27,137 nt of DNA from a virus (taxonomy: Duplodnaviria; Caudoviricetes), in the IMG/VR virus record IMGVR_UViG_3300032332_000598, positions 1 through 27,137 of that record, one strand, 5' to 3'. The notes beneath the pieces were generated by a model that saw only the letters and a list, made by a program, of their open reading frames with translations, made no database searches and was not told where the DNA came from. Made by a program: the position numbers and the translations under genes. Within the stretch, counting starts at the first letter, position 1, and every line of letters starts with the position of its first letter. Positions 1-9,257 of this stretch are shown here, one piece after another.

Positions 1-2
1 CA

Positions 3-338
3 ATAAGTAGAGACTGGACATTTAATAAGAAAGTAATATGTCATATTGATATTATTACAACTAGCGGTACTTCCATATCTGATAACAACAAACAATTTGG
101 ATTTATTTATCTTGAAGAAGAAAAAATTAAAATGAAAACAGTAGAACTTCTTTCTAAGCGTTTCAGAATTACAAATATTAAAAATCGTGCTGGAGAAATT
201 ATTTTTGTAGAACAAGATAAAATTGATTCTCCTCCAACTATATTTGAAATTGAATCACATCACCCAAGACTTGATCCACTAGGAAATATCCTTTTTTATG
301 AATCAAACTTGAGAAGAGTTGGCATTCAAAATGGTTAA
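3..338 (+). CDS. 5'-truncated virion neck / head-closure-like protein
   Basis: The frame of ORF 132..338 is open from position 3 (ISRDWTFNKKVICHIDII...), so the gene starts before the window. It lies immediately upstream of the tail completion, terminator and major tail genes. Function is inferred from synteny only. Confidence 0.55.
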   Translation: MSRDWTFNKKVICHIDIITTSGTSISDNNKQFGFIYLEEEKIKMKTVELLSKRFRITNIKNRAGEIIFVEQDKIDSPPTIFEIESHHPRLDPLGNILFYESNLRRVGIQNG

Positions 339-1068
339 TGTAACAATTACTAAGACTAGTTTAGACGCACTTCTTAATGAAGTTAAACTAAGAGTTGATG
401 GAGTAACATCTATAATTACCCCATATAATCGTGAGCAAGTTGCAAAAGCAGCATTTACAATTATTGGTAAAGAGTTTGTTAGACAAACCAATAGGTATGC
501 CTCTGCAAATAAAAATTCAATGCACCATGTTTATGAGTGGAACAAGTCTGGAAACAATTCTAGTAGGCTTTTTAGGCTTAATAGAGACTATGTACAGGAC
601 GGCAAATTAATAATATCAACTAAATTATTAGATTCAAGAACATCAGTTCCAGTATCTCCACAACTTAGAAGAGTTGGAAAAAATGGAAAATCTGTAAAAG
701 GTGGTCACATTTTTAAAAATAAGGCTTCTGTTATGGAGGCTGGAAAGCCAATTACCATTCAGGCAAAAGGTGCAAAGGCTTTAGCATTTCCTGGAAGAAA
801 TGGAATTGTATTTATTCCAAAAGGTAGATCTGTTACCGTAAGAAATCCTGGGGGTAAAGCAGTAGGTGGCTCATTTACTAGACATACAAAAGAATGGTTT
901 AAAAATCCAGTAAATACTACAGGATCGTTATTGTCATCTGGATATTTAAAAAAATTAGAAGTTGAAATAGCAAAATGTTTAAGTGTAAATAAATCTGGTC
1001 GAATAAATGTTGCAACTACTATTAAAAAGGTATCAGATCAATATTCTAAGGGAATTAAGGTAATATAA
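331..1068 (+). CDS. Putative neck / tail completion protein (basic, HK97 gp10-like position)
   Basis: ATG at 331 overlaps the end of the upstream gene, making it a more likely start than TTG 319. The protein is basic, ~245 aa, and sits between the head-closure and tail-terminator-like genes. Confidence 0.5.
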   Translation: MVNVTITKTSLDALLNEVKLRVDGVTSIITPYNREQVAKAAFTIIGKEFVRQTNRYASANKNSMHHVYEWNKSGNNSSRLFRLNRDYVQDGKLIISTKLLDSRTSVPVSPQLRRVGKNGKSVKGGHIFKNKASVMEAGKPITIQAKGAKALAFPGRNGIVFIPKGRSVTVRNPGGKAVGGSFTRHTKEWFKNPVNTTGSLLSSGYLKKLEVEIAKCLSVNKSGRINVATTIKKVSDQYSKGIKVI

Positions 1069-1574
1069 TGACAAATTATGCAGAAACAGCATTTAGCATG
1101 GTAAGATTATTTTTGTGGGATAAGTTAAAAGAGTCTAATATACTTTCTGCTAGTGATTATATTGCTGATGGATTTATCACCCCCTTGATTCCAATTATTC
1201 CAGTTCAACAGGTTCCAGAATTTAATAATCTTATTGGAAATAAGCCATATATTATTTATGATTATGATATTCAATTTTATTCTGAAGAGTGGTGGATATG
1301 TGAAGAAAAATTAGTATTTACTATAGTTGCATCGAATTTTGAAAAAATCATTGAAATAACACAGTTTATGATTGATCTATTTAGAAGAATGGATGAATCT
1401 GCTACAGATATTAATAAATGGCAAACTGGCTCAAAATTTAAATTCTTTACCTTTATTCTTTCAGGTGCTCAAAGCCCTACTCCATATGAAGAAGAAGGCG
1501 GAAGACAAATGGGTGAAGTTTCAGTAACTTATAGGTATTCCCGCGAATTAGACTCTTACAATAGATTTGTATAA
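1068..1574 (+). CDS. Putative tail terminator protein
   Basis: 168-aa acidic protein with a PYIIYDY motif. It is coupled to the upstream gene (TAATG overlap) and lies directly upstream of the major tail protein. Confidence 0.6.
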   Translation: MTNYAETAFSMVRLFLWDKLKESNILSASDYIADGFITPLIPIIPVQQVPEFNNLIGNKPYIIYDYDIQFYSEEWWICEEKLVFTIVASNFEKIIEITQFMIDLFRRMDESATDINKWQTGSKFKFFTFILSGAQSPTPYEEEGGRQMGEVSVTYRYSRELDSYNRFV

Positions 1575-1597
1575 ATCTTTGTATTAATACCTTTATC

Positions 1598-1606
1598 TGG
1601 TATTAT
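1598..1606 (+). promoter_or_regulatory. Extended -10 promoter (TGGTATTAT) upstream of the major tail protein
   Basis: Intergenic TGnTATTAT with TTTGTA 17 bp upstream. An SD-like AGGTG precedes ATG 1665. Confidence 0.5.
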
Positions 1607-1664
1607 TAATAACGAGGAAGAAACCAACCAAATTTAAAATAAAAAGGTAGGTGAAAATAAAAAA

Positions 1665-2351
1665 ATGGCAAATGTTAAAAACATTATCGTAGGTTCTGCA
1701 TCTCTATTCGTAACTCGTCTAGGTATCACAACAAAAGATATCCCAACCGCTCCAGCAACAGGCTCATACGCAACTGCGTTAGGTAGTACAGACTGGAGAG
1801 ATATGGGCTATACAACAGAAGGTCTTGAACTTTCCTACGAACCAGATTATGGCGAAGTGGCAGTAGATCAACTACTTGATGCTGCTCGTCTATTCAAGCA
1901 AGGACTTAAGGTAACACTTAAGACCACACTTGCTGAGGCAACACTTGAAAATATGCAAGTTGCATTTGGACAAGAAGACTCTGCAGTAGTATACTCAGGT
2001 TCAGTTGCAAGTACATACAGTACTCTTACTGTTGATTCTGCAAATTCAAAGACAACTCTTAATATGACAGGTGGTGCTCTTGGCACTGCTCCTGTTGAGC
2101 GTACATTAATTGCAATTGGAAATGCACCAGCACAGTTTGGTACTGCAACAACTGCATACACACCAGGCACAACAACAAAGAAGGAGCGTGTTTACCTTGC
2201 CCGTAGAGTAGTATCTATGGACACAGTATCACATGGACTTAAGCGTGGGGACGCAACAGTATTCCCAGTAACATTCCGTTGTCTTCCAGACGACACAGAT
2301 GCTTACGATGGATCAGAATACGGCAAGATTATTGACCGTGTTTATACCTAA
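1665..2351 (+). CDS. Major tail (tube) protein
   Basis: Contains NIIVGSA, WRDMGYTTEGLELSYEPDYGEVAVDQLLD, TTLAEATLEN and FPVTFRCLPD, typical of siphovirus tail tube proteins. It is followed by a terminator and the chaperone genes. Confidence 0.85.
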   Translation: MANVKNIIVGSASLFVTRLGITTKDIPTAPATGSYATALGSTDWRDMGYTTEGLELSYEPDYGEVAVDQLLDAARLFKQGLKVTLKTTLAEATLENMQVAFGQEDSAVVYSGSVASTYSTLTVDSANSKTTLNMTGGALGTAPVERTLIAIGNAPAQFGTATTAYTPGTTTKKERVYLARRVVSMDTVSHGLKRGDATVFPVTFRCLPDDTDAYDGSEYGKIIDRVYT

Positions 2352-2371
2352 AGTATAACTTAATATAGAAA

Positions 2372-2401
2372 GCGGGGCTGACTTATGTCAGCCCCGTTTT
2401 T
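2372..2401 (+). terminator. Rho-independent terminator after the major tail gene
   Basis: GCGGGGCTGAC-TTAT-GTCAGCCCCGT hairpin followed by a T run, 20 nt after the stop codon. Confidence 0.85.
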
Positions 2402-2420
2402 ATGCAATTCATTACTATTT

Positions 2421-2429
2421 TGGTATAAT
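2421..2429 (+). promoter_or_regulatory. Extended -10 promoter (TGGTATAAT) for the chaperone/tape measure genes
   Basis: Perfect TGnTATAAT located just after the terminator and before the chaperone RBS. Confidence 0.65.
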
Positions 2430-2458
2430 TTTTATACACAGTGAAAATGGAGGATAAA

Positions 2459-2800
2459 GTGGCAACTAAAGTTTACGACACTTTTGATTTAGAATTAGAA
2501 AATGGAGAGACCATTACAATTAAACCTCTCCCAATTAAGTATTTAAGAAAATTTATGGAAGTTATTAATCGCACATCTACAGATGATATTAGTGATGATG
2601 AAGACATTATGGATGTTTTTATTGATGCGTGCGTACTTTGTCTAAAGGCTTTGCATCCAAAGACATTTGAGGACATGACTAGAAGTGATATTGAAGAAAT
2701 TGTAACTCTTCCTACAATCATGAAGGTTTTGGAAGTTGCTGGAGGCTTGAAGACTACAGACCCAAATCTCCTGGGAGCAGCACTCGTTGGGACGACCTAG
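2459..2800 (+). CDS. Tail assembly chaperone (gpG-like)
   Basis: GGAGG SD precedes GTG 2459. The protein is acidic, ~113 aa, lies between the major tail and tape measure genes, and has a slippery site near its 3' end. Confidence 0.8.
   Translation: MATKVYDTFDLELENGETITIKPLPIKYLRKFMEVINRTSTDDISDDEDIMDVFIDACVLCLKALHPKTFEDMTRSDIEEIVTLPTIMKVLEVAGGLKTTDPNLLGAALVGTT
2761..2767 (+). other. -1 programmed ribosomal frameshift site C CCA AAT
   Basis: X XXY YYZ heptamer in the correct phase (gaC CCA AAT). The -1 frame is open from 2695 to 3060. Confidence 0.8.
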
Positions 2801-3060
2801 ACATTGCTGCTCTGGAATCAGAGGTTTTTCTTCTAGGAAACTGGAAGAACTTTGCAGAACTTGAGGAACAGTTAAGCATAGATGAATTGCTTGCTGTCCT
2901 TGGGGCATGTAGAGATAAAGTCGGAGAAGAAAGAAGGTTTCTTGCAGCAATACAAGGAATCGATCTGGATGAAGAAAATGAAGATGTTTCTACATTCAAG
3001 GACTACCAAGCAGAATTTGGCATTGGAATGGGACTAGGATACGAAACACAAGGAGAGTAG
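2761..3060 (+). CDS. Tail assembly chaperone frameshift extension (gpGT-like; full product 2459..3060)
   Basis: The -1 frame reads ...RWDDLDIAALESEVFLLGNWKNFAELEEQLSIDELL...RRFLAAIQGIDLDEE...GIGMGLGYETQGE*. It has no suitable start of its own and ends 3 nt before the tape measure start. Not in the ORF track. Confidence 0.8.
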   Translation, partial: PKSPGSSTRWDDLDIAALESEVFLLGNWKNFAELEEQLSIDELLAVLGACRDKVGEERRFLAAIQGIDLDEENEDVSTFKDYQAEFGIGMGLGYETQGE

Positions 3061-3063
3061 CAA

Positions 3064-6000
3064 TTGGCAAATATTAATCTTAATGTAGTAGCATTAGGTG
3101 ATTTTAATCAATTAAGGGGACAACTAGATAGGCTTAATGCCCAAGTAGTATCCCTAAACTCTGCCTTGGCAGCAACTAATACAAAACTTAGTACTTCAGA
3201 GTTAAAAAAACTTACAGATCATTTAGATAATGCAATTAAATCAACTGGTCTTTATACATCACAAACAGTTCAACTTTCTAGTGCTGCCCAGCACCTTGGC
3301 GAAAGAATTCAAAAAAATAATACAACTTGGAGAGATTTTAAGTATGCTCTTAAGGGTGTTAATGATGAGTCAACCTTATATAATAAGTTAGGGCAACGAC
3401 AAGTTGCTATGCACAGGTCACTCTTAACTTCAATGGGTGATATGGTAAGAGTTTATACTGCCCACAATGTTAACATGAGTGATGCTGGAAATAAATCAGC
3501 GGTATTTACAGAAGCCCTTAGAGCACAAAATGCAGTTCTAACTCAAGGTGCAACAAAAGTTATTAACTGGGGAAAGAATATGCAATGGGCAGGTCGTCAG
3601 TTGACCGCAGGTCTTGCTATGCCAGTAGTATTACTTAGCACCCAACTTGCTAAAATGTACAACGATGTTGATAAAAATCTAACCAATCTTGCTAAAGTTT
3701 ATGGTGTTGGTCTTACAAAACCAACCGAAGCAATGCTTGCAAAGGTTAGAACAGATGTATTAGGTCTCGCAAAAGAACTTGCACAAACATTAGGCATTTC
3801 TGCAAGTGAGGTTACAGACATTGCAGCCCAATTTGCTGCAGCAGGTTTAACAGGACAAGAATTAATTAGTGCAACAAGTCAAGCAGCAAGAATGGTGGTA
3901 CTTGGTGAAACTGATAAGCAAGAAGCAATTAAAGCAACCATTGCTTTACAGACAGCATATAAGTTAAATACTGAAGATCTTTCAGAAGCAGTAAACTTTT
4001 TCAATGCTGCTCAAGCAGCAACATCAACAAGTATGTCAGACCTTATTGAAGCAGTTCCAAAGGTTGGACCAGTTGTTAGAGGTCTTGGTGGTTCATATAA
4101 AGACATGGTTGCAATCATGACAGCCCTTAAAGAAGGTGGTGTTCCTGCAGGTGAAGCAGCAAATGCAATTAAAACATCTATGGGTCGTTTAATTAATCCC
4201 ACAAAGGCTGCATCTGAAAAATTAAAGGGATTTGGAATAGATATCAATGGCATTGTTTCAAAGAATGCTGGAAATTTAACAGGAATGCTTACAGATTTAC
4301 AAAAATCTTTAGATACATTAGCACCACTAGAAAGACAAAGAGCAATTGCAGAATTATTTGGAAAATTCCAATATGCTCGTATGGCAGCACTTATGGATAA
4401 CTTTAATAGAAGTGGATCTCAATCTGCCAAAGTAATGGAAATGATGGGAATGTCTGCTGCTCAATTAGCATCTATTGCAGACGATCAAACTAAGAAAATT
4501 CAACAATCTGCATCTGGTAGATTTAAAATTGCTGTAGAAACATTAAAAAATGATTTACTTCCAGTTGGAGAAATGGCACTTGGAAAATTTACACAACTTG
4601 TTGAAAAAATAAATGAACTTGCTAATACTATGCAAAATCTTCCAGCACCAATTAAGGCAGCAATGAAGGCTTTTGCAATTGCTACAATTTTTGCGGGACC
4701 ACTTATTATGATTACAGGTCTTATGGGTAACTTCTTTGGATTTGTTCTTAAGGGTCTTATTCCAATTAGAGCACTATTTGCAGCAATTACACATGGAGTA
4801 AATCCAATGGGTGTACTTGGAAAGAAGTTTGAACTTTTAAGTGCAGAAGAAATTGCAGCAAGAAACTCATCTAAATTATTTTCAGATCAAGCATTAAAGA
4901 GTGCAAGTTCTGTAGATATCATGACTGCAGCAATTGAAAAGCAAATTCAAGCACTTCAGCAATATGAGGCTACATTGGGTGGCATGGGTACTCAAAATGT
5001 TATGGGAGAAGCCACTAAATCTGCTACTGCTGGAATGACTGATAAAGAATCAAGGGACTATATAGTTAAACATATGGGAGCAAGTGGAAACTTAACTAAA
5101 TCTGAATCTGGAAGTGGATTATTTAGAACAGATCCGTCCAATGCAATTCTTACTGGAAACCTTTCAGTTCCTGCGCCATCTGGAGATTTAAAAATTAAAA
5201 ATCAAATGACAGCATTAAACTCATCACTTACTTCAGGTGGCGCTGCTGCATTTAATCCAACTGGCAAAGATTTTTCCCAGTTTGCTAGTGCAACTGGAAT
5301 GGATTTTTCTAAATTAGCCGCATCTGAAGCCGCAAAAATGCAAAAAGCATTTGCCATCGTAGAAGAGCAATTTAGAGGTTTTGGTTTATCATATCAACAA
5401 CTAGCAGATATTGCAGATATAACATTACCAACAATGAAAAAGGCTACACAATTAGAATTAGAAAAGGCTGCAACAAGAAGGTTAATTCTTGCAGAAGACA
5501 AAGAATATTTAATAGCAGAAAAAAAATTAAAATCTGTAATAGATAGTTCAACCTCAACAGAGCAAGATAAAATTAAGGCTGAAAAAGAATTTACTGCATT
5601 GATTAAAAGAAAAATTGCTACTGATACAGAGTTATCAGCATTAAAACCAACATCAAAAGATAATGATGCTACATTAAGAGCAAAATACGATCAAATTCAA
5701 GCAATAAACGCTAACACATATATTCAAAATGCTGAAACAAAGCAAGTTAAAAATTTCCAAGATAAAGCAAAAAGGGCAGCACAAGCATTACAAAATACTA
5801 CATTTAATATTAAAGGTTACGGAAAAGCATCAGCAGAAGGTCAACACCATATTATAGCAACAAGTGATGCGTCTAATAATTTTGTTAATAAAATTGTTGC
5901 ATGGGCAAAATCAGTTGGAAAAGCAACAGCAGCGACAGATGCTGCTACTATAGGAATGGAACAGGGTCTAGTCGCAGATAAAATAGAAACATCTGCAACA

Positions 6001-8592
6001 CAAAAATTAACTGCTGCAGAAATAGAAGCAGCAGCAGCAGTAAAAATTGATGCAGAAGCACATTTAGTTGATGCAGCAGGAACTCTTGCAGGAGAAGGCG
6101 GAGCACCAGGTAAGGGTAAGGGTGGACTAAGAGGAATGCTAGGAAAGCCTGGCGTTAAATTTGGTGCAGGAATGGCTCTGGGCATAGGTGGCTCAATGCT
6201 TGCAGGTATGATTCCAGAAGGAAGTGCAGCCAAGCAGCCAGCAACAATGGCAGCACAAGGTGCTGGATTAGGAATGATGTTTGGTCCAGAAGGTGCATTA
6301 ATTGGAGCAGCACTTGGAGCACTTGCAGGTGGGTTCATGGAACTAAATCATCAAGCACAAGTAGCAGCAGCAGGATTAAGATCTACATTAGGTATATCTG
6401 AAGATGAATTTAAAGCACTTGGTCTTGAGATACCAAAGATTACAAGTGCCCTCCCAGATTTTAATGCTTCCACAGATGCTGCAAAAACAGCAATAGATAA
6501 TTTTAAGAAAGCAATTGATGAAGCAGCAGATACATCAGAGATTAAAGCATTTGTTGGAAAACTTAAAGAAGCAGGAACAGATCAAACTAAAATTGATGCA
6601 CTATTGCAACAAAAGGGAACTGCAATGGCTTTGGCTGGAATTAAAAAAGAAGATGTCCAAACTGCAATTGCTGCTTATATGGAATCAGCAGGTATTACTA
6701 GAACAAACTTTAATGTAAGTTCACTTTATGGAGAAAATGGCAGGGCTAATAAAGATGTTGGATTCCAAGCAGTAACTGGAGCATTAAGTGGTGTAGGAAT
6801 GACAGCAGGTCAATCAGCAATTAATCCTACCATAAATGCAGGTAGATTTGGACCACAAAATAATCCACAAATGAATGGAATCAATAATGCAGCAGCAGCA
6901 CTAGCACCAGCACTAGAAGGTCTTATATCACTAAATACCCCACTTAAAGATTTCTTTGGAACTATTTCAGAAATCAATAATGCAGATTTTACAGATACAA
7001 CTGCAGGTGGACAAATGCTTAATAAGGCTATATCAGATTTAGTTGGAGATAATCCACAACTTCAAGAACTTAATAATAAATTAAAAGATAAAACTCCTGC
7101 TGAAAGAATGATGTACTTAAGGGCAGCAGTTGAAGGATTGGGTGGCTCTATTGCAGATCTTCCAAAACTTACAACAATTGAAGTTAATACATTGTTTACA
7201 CAAAAAATTCTTCAAGATACTGCAAATGCTTCAATTGCATCAGGTGCTGAAAGAATTGCAGCACAAACACCAGATGGAACTAGTGGCTCTAGTGGTTCTA
7301 GCGGTAGTTCAGGCGGAGGATCTGGAGAATCTGCACACAATAAAGCAATTGATGCAAAGATTGAAGCAAATAAAAAAATAATTGAACAAATTAAAGAAGA
7401 AGAAGAATTAAGAAAGAAAAATCTTGCACTTCAAGAAAAAGAAAAAGAATTTGCAAAGACAAAACTTGGATTACAAAATCAAATCAGAATGGCTCTTGCA
7501 GAAGGAAATTACCTTCAGGCTGCTGAACTTCAACAGCAAATGGATGTTAATGATGCTAAAAAGGCTGCAGATGAAGCAGACGAAGCAGCAACAAAAATAG
7601 CAGAAGATAGAATTAAGGCTCTTGAAGCGGCAAATAAATTACTTGAATCACAAAAAACTAAAGGTGGCTCAGGTGGTGGCTCTGGTGGTGGCTCAACTGC
7701 AACAACTGGAACAATGTCTGGAAAATCTGTAAAAGAAATTACAGATGCAGTAGATGTTCTTAAAGATCATACACTAAAAGCAGTAGATGCTAGTAACACA
7801 CTGTATACCTCATATGATACAGGAACAAAATCCTTTGTAAACTCACCAGAAGTTAAAGCCATGAACGACAAACTTAAAGATATGGGATTTAATAGCCAAG
7901 AAATTGCAGATATAAATAGAGCAATGTATCAATCATATGAGCCAACAGTTTCTGCAATTACAAAGAGCACAGAATTTGCTAAATTATTTAAAGAAAAAAT
8001 GGTTGGCGTTGCAAGTCCAGGACAAGCAGGATTTGATCCAGGAGAATATGCAAGAGCAGCAAAATCTGCAGGAGATAGTGCAGTAGCAGAACTTCAGGCT
8101 GCAATAAAAAGGGGAAAGTATGTTGCACAATTAAAATTAACTGCCATTAAATATCCACATATTTTAACTCGTGCAGGTGTAATTGATTATGAATCAGAAA
8201 GAGAAATTAGAAAAAGTTCAAATGCTGAAGTTTCATTTTATAAAATGGGTGGATTAGTTTATAAAAAAGGTGGGGCAATTTTAGGTCCAGGAAATGGAAT
8301 GTCTGACTCTATACCAGCAATGCTCTCAAATGGAGAATTTGTAATGAATGCTGCATCTGTTTCAAAATATGGAATTCCAATGATGAGTGCAATTAATAAA
8401 ATGAATTTTCCTGGAGCAATTGTTCCATCTTCCCCAGTTTCATCAAGTAGTGCTTCTGGATCAACAAATGGTACAATTAGTGCTGTATTCAATATTTCAG
8501 GAGCAGGAAATCCAGAAGAGGTTGCAAGGGTTGTTATGAAGAAATTATCAATGATGTCTAAGAAACAAGGGTCGGTGACTACAATTGGCTAG
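3064..8592 (+). CDS. Tape measure protein
   Basis: 1842-aa Ala/Gly-rich helical protein with NWGKNMQWAGRQL, a TP901-like core region and hydrophobic segments. It has a C-terminal GGAILGPGNGMSDSIPAMLSNGEFVMNA motif and a TTG start with AGGAG SD. Confidence 0.93.
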   Translation: MANINLNVVALGDFNQLRGQLDRLNAQVVSLNSALAATNTKLSTSELKKLTDHLDNAIKSTGLYTSQTVQLSSAAQHLGERIQKNNTTWRDFKYALKGVNDESTLYNKLGQRQVAMHRSLLTSMGDMVRVYTAHNVNMSDAGNKSAVFTEALRAQNAVLTQGATKVINWGKNMQWAGRQLTAGLAMPVVLLSTQLAKMYNDVDKNLTNLAKVYGVGLTKPTEAMLAKVRTDVLGLAKELAQTLGISASEVTDIAAQFAAAGLTGQELISATSQAARMVVLGETDKQEAIKATIALQTAYKLNTEDLSEAVNFFNAAQAATSTSMSDLIEAVPKVGPVVRGLGGSYKDMVAIMTALKEGGVPAGEAANAIKTSMGRLINPTKAASEKLKGFGIDINGIVSKNAGNLTGMLTDLQKSLDTLAPLERQRAIAELFGKFQYARMAALMDNFNRSGSQSAKVMEMMGMSAAQLASIADDQTKKIQQSASGRFKIAVETLKNDLLPVGEMALGKFTQLVEKINELANTMQNLPAPIKAAMKAFAIATIFAGPLIMITGLMGNFFGFVLKGLIPIRALFAAITHGVNPMGVLGKKFELLSAEEIAARNSSKLFSDQALKSASSVDIMTAAIEKQIQALQQYEATLGGMGTQNVMGEATKSATAGMTDKESRDYIVKHMGASGNLTKSESGSGLFRTDPSNAILTGNLSVPAPSGDLKIKNQMTALNSSLTSGGAAAFNPTGKDFSQFASATGMDFSKLAASEAAKMQKAFAIVEEQFRGFGLSYQQLADIADITLPTMKKATQLELEKAATRRLILAEDKEYLIAEKKLKSVIDSSTSTEQDKIKAEKEFTALIKRKIATDTELSALKPTSKDNDATLRAKYDQIQAINANTYIQNAETKQVKNFQDKAKRAAQALQNTTFNIKGYGKASAEGQHHIIATSDASNNFVNKIVAWAKSVGKATAATDAATIGMEQGLVADKIETSATQKLTAAEIEAAAAVKIDAEAHLVDAAGTLAGEGGAPGKGKGGLRGMLGKPGVKFGAGMALGIGGSMLAGMIPEGSAAKQPATMAAQGAGLGMMFGPEGALIGAALGALAGGFMELNHQAQVAAAGLRSTLGISEDEFKALGLEIPKITSALPDFNASTDAAKTAIDNFKKAIDEAADTSEIKAFVGKLKEAGTDQTKIDALLQQKGTAMALAGIKKEDVQTAIAAYMESAGITRTNFNVSSLYGENGRANKDVGFQAVTGALSGVGMTAGQSAINPTINAGRFGPQNNPQMNGINNAAAALAPALEGLISLNTPLKDFFGTISEINNADFTDTTAGGQMLNKAISDLVGDNPQLQELNNKLKDKTPAERMMYLRAAVEGLGGSIADLPKLTTIEVNTLFTQKILQDTANASIASGAERIAAQTPDGTSGSSGSSGSSGGGSGESAHNKAIDAKIEANKKIIEQIKEEEELRKKNLALQEKEKEFAKTKLGLQNQIRMALAEGNYLQAAELQQQMDVNDAKKAADEADEAATKIAEDRIKALEAANKLLESQKTKGGSGGGSGGGSTATTGTMSGKSVKEITDAVDVLKDHTLKAVDASNTLYTSYDTGTKSFVNSPEVKAMNDKLKDMGFNSQEIADINRAMYQSYEPTVSAITKSTEFAKLFKEKMVGVASPGQAGFDPGEYARAAKSAGDSAVAELQAAIKRGKYVAQLKLTAIKYPHILTRAGVIDYESEREIRKSSNAEVSFYKMGGLVYKKGGAILGPGNGMSDSIPAMLSNGEFVMNAASVSKYGIPMMSAINKMNFPGAIVPSSPVSSSSASGSTNGTISAVFNISGAGNPEEVARVVMKKLSMMSKKQGSVTTIG

Positions 8593-9256
8593 TCCTATGT
8601 CCCTATTCCGTCCTGCTTTAATTAAACTTACAAAAGTTGCAAACATTGCATCTATCTCAAGAGATGGAACTTATGTTACTTATACTACATCTTCTATTCA
8701 CAATTTTTCTGCTGGAGAAATAGTAACAATTACTGGTGCAACATCAACAGCATTTAATTTATCAAATATATCAATTTATGATACTCCAACAGTAACTACA
8801 TTTAGAGTTGCAAGTTCGGTAACTGGAACAACTTCAACCGCAACAGGAACTATAACATACATCATGTCAGATCATAATAGAGGTGATGTTCAAGTTAGCA
8901 ATGAAATCATTGAAAAATCTAAGCGTATGGCGAATGGTCTTATGAGAAAATATGTAGTTGCAAATAAGAAGAAATATTCAGTTTCCTGGAACATGCTTCC
9001 AAGTGTCAGCGATCAAACTGTAGACGGGTATCTTGGTGCTATACCACTACTTAATATGTTTGAAACAAATTATGATAACACCATGACATTAAGTTTTTAT
9101 GCAGGAACCGCTACTGCTCCAACACAGGCTAAAGGATTAAATCCAGCAGCAACAATGACAAAAACTGTATTTATTACAGATTTTAATTCTACTATCAAAA
9201 AGAGATTAGGCGATGTAGATTATTGGGATGCAAGTATAGAGTTTACGGAGGCATAA
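8585..9256 (+). CDS. Distal tail (Dit-like) minor tail protein with an inserted beta-module
   Basis: First gene after the tape measure. Core motifs are SDHNR, KRMANGLMRKYVVANKKKYSVSWNMLPS and YWDASIEFTE. Residues ~18-90 form a separate Thr-rich module. Confidence 0.65.
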   Translation: MASPMSLFRPALIKLTKVANIASISRDGTYVTYTTSSIHNFSAGEIVTITGATSTAFNLSNISIYDTPTVTTFRVASSVTGTTSTATGTITYIMSDHNRGDVQVSNEIIEKSKRMANGLMRKYVVANKKKYSVSWNMLPSVSDQTVDGYLGAIPLLNMFETNYDNTMTLSFYAGTATAPTQAKGLNPAATMTKTVFITDFNSTIKKRLGDVDYWDASIEFTEA

Positions 9257-9257
9257 A

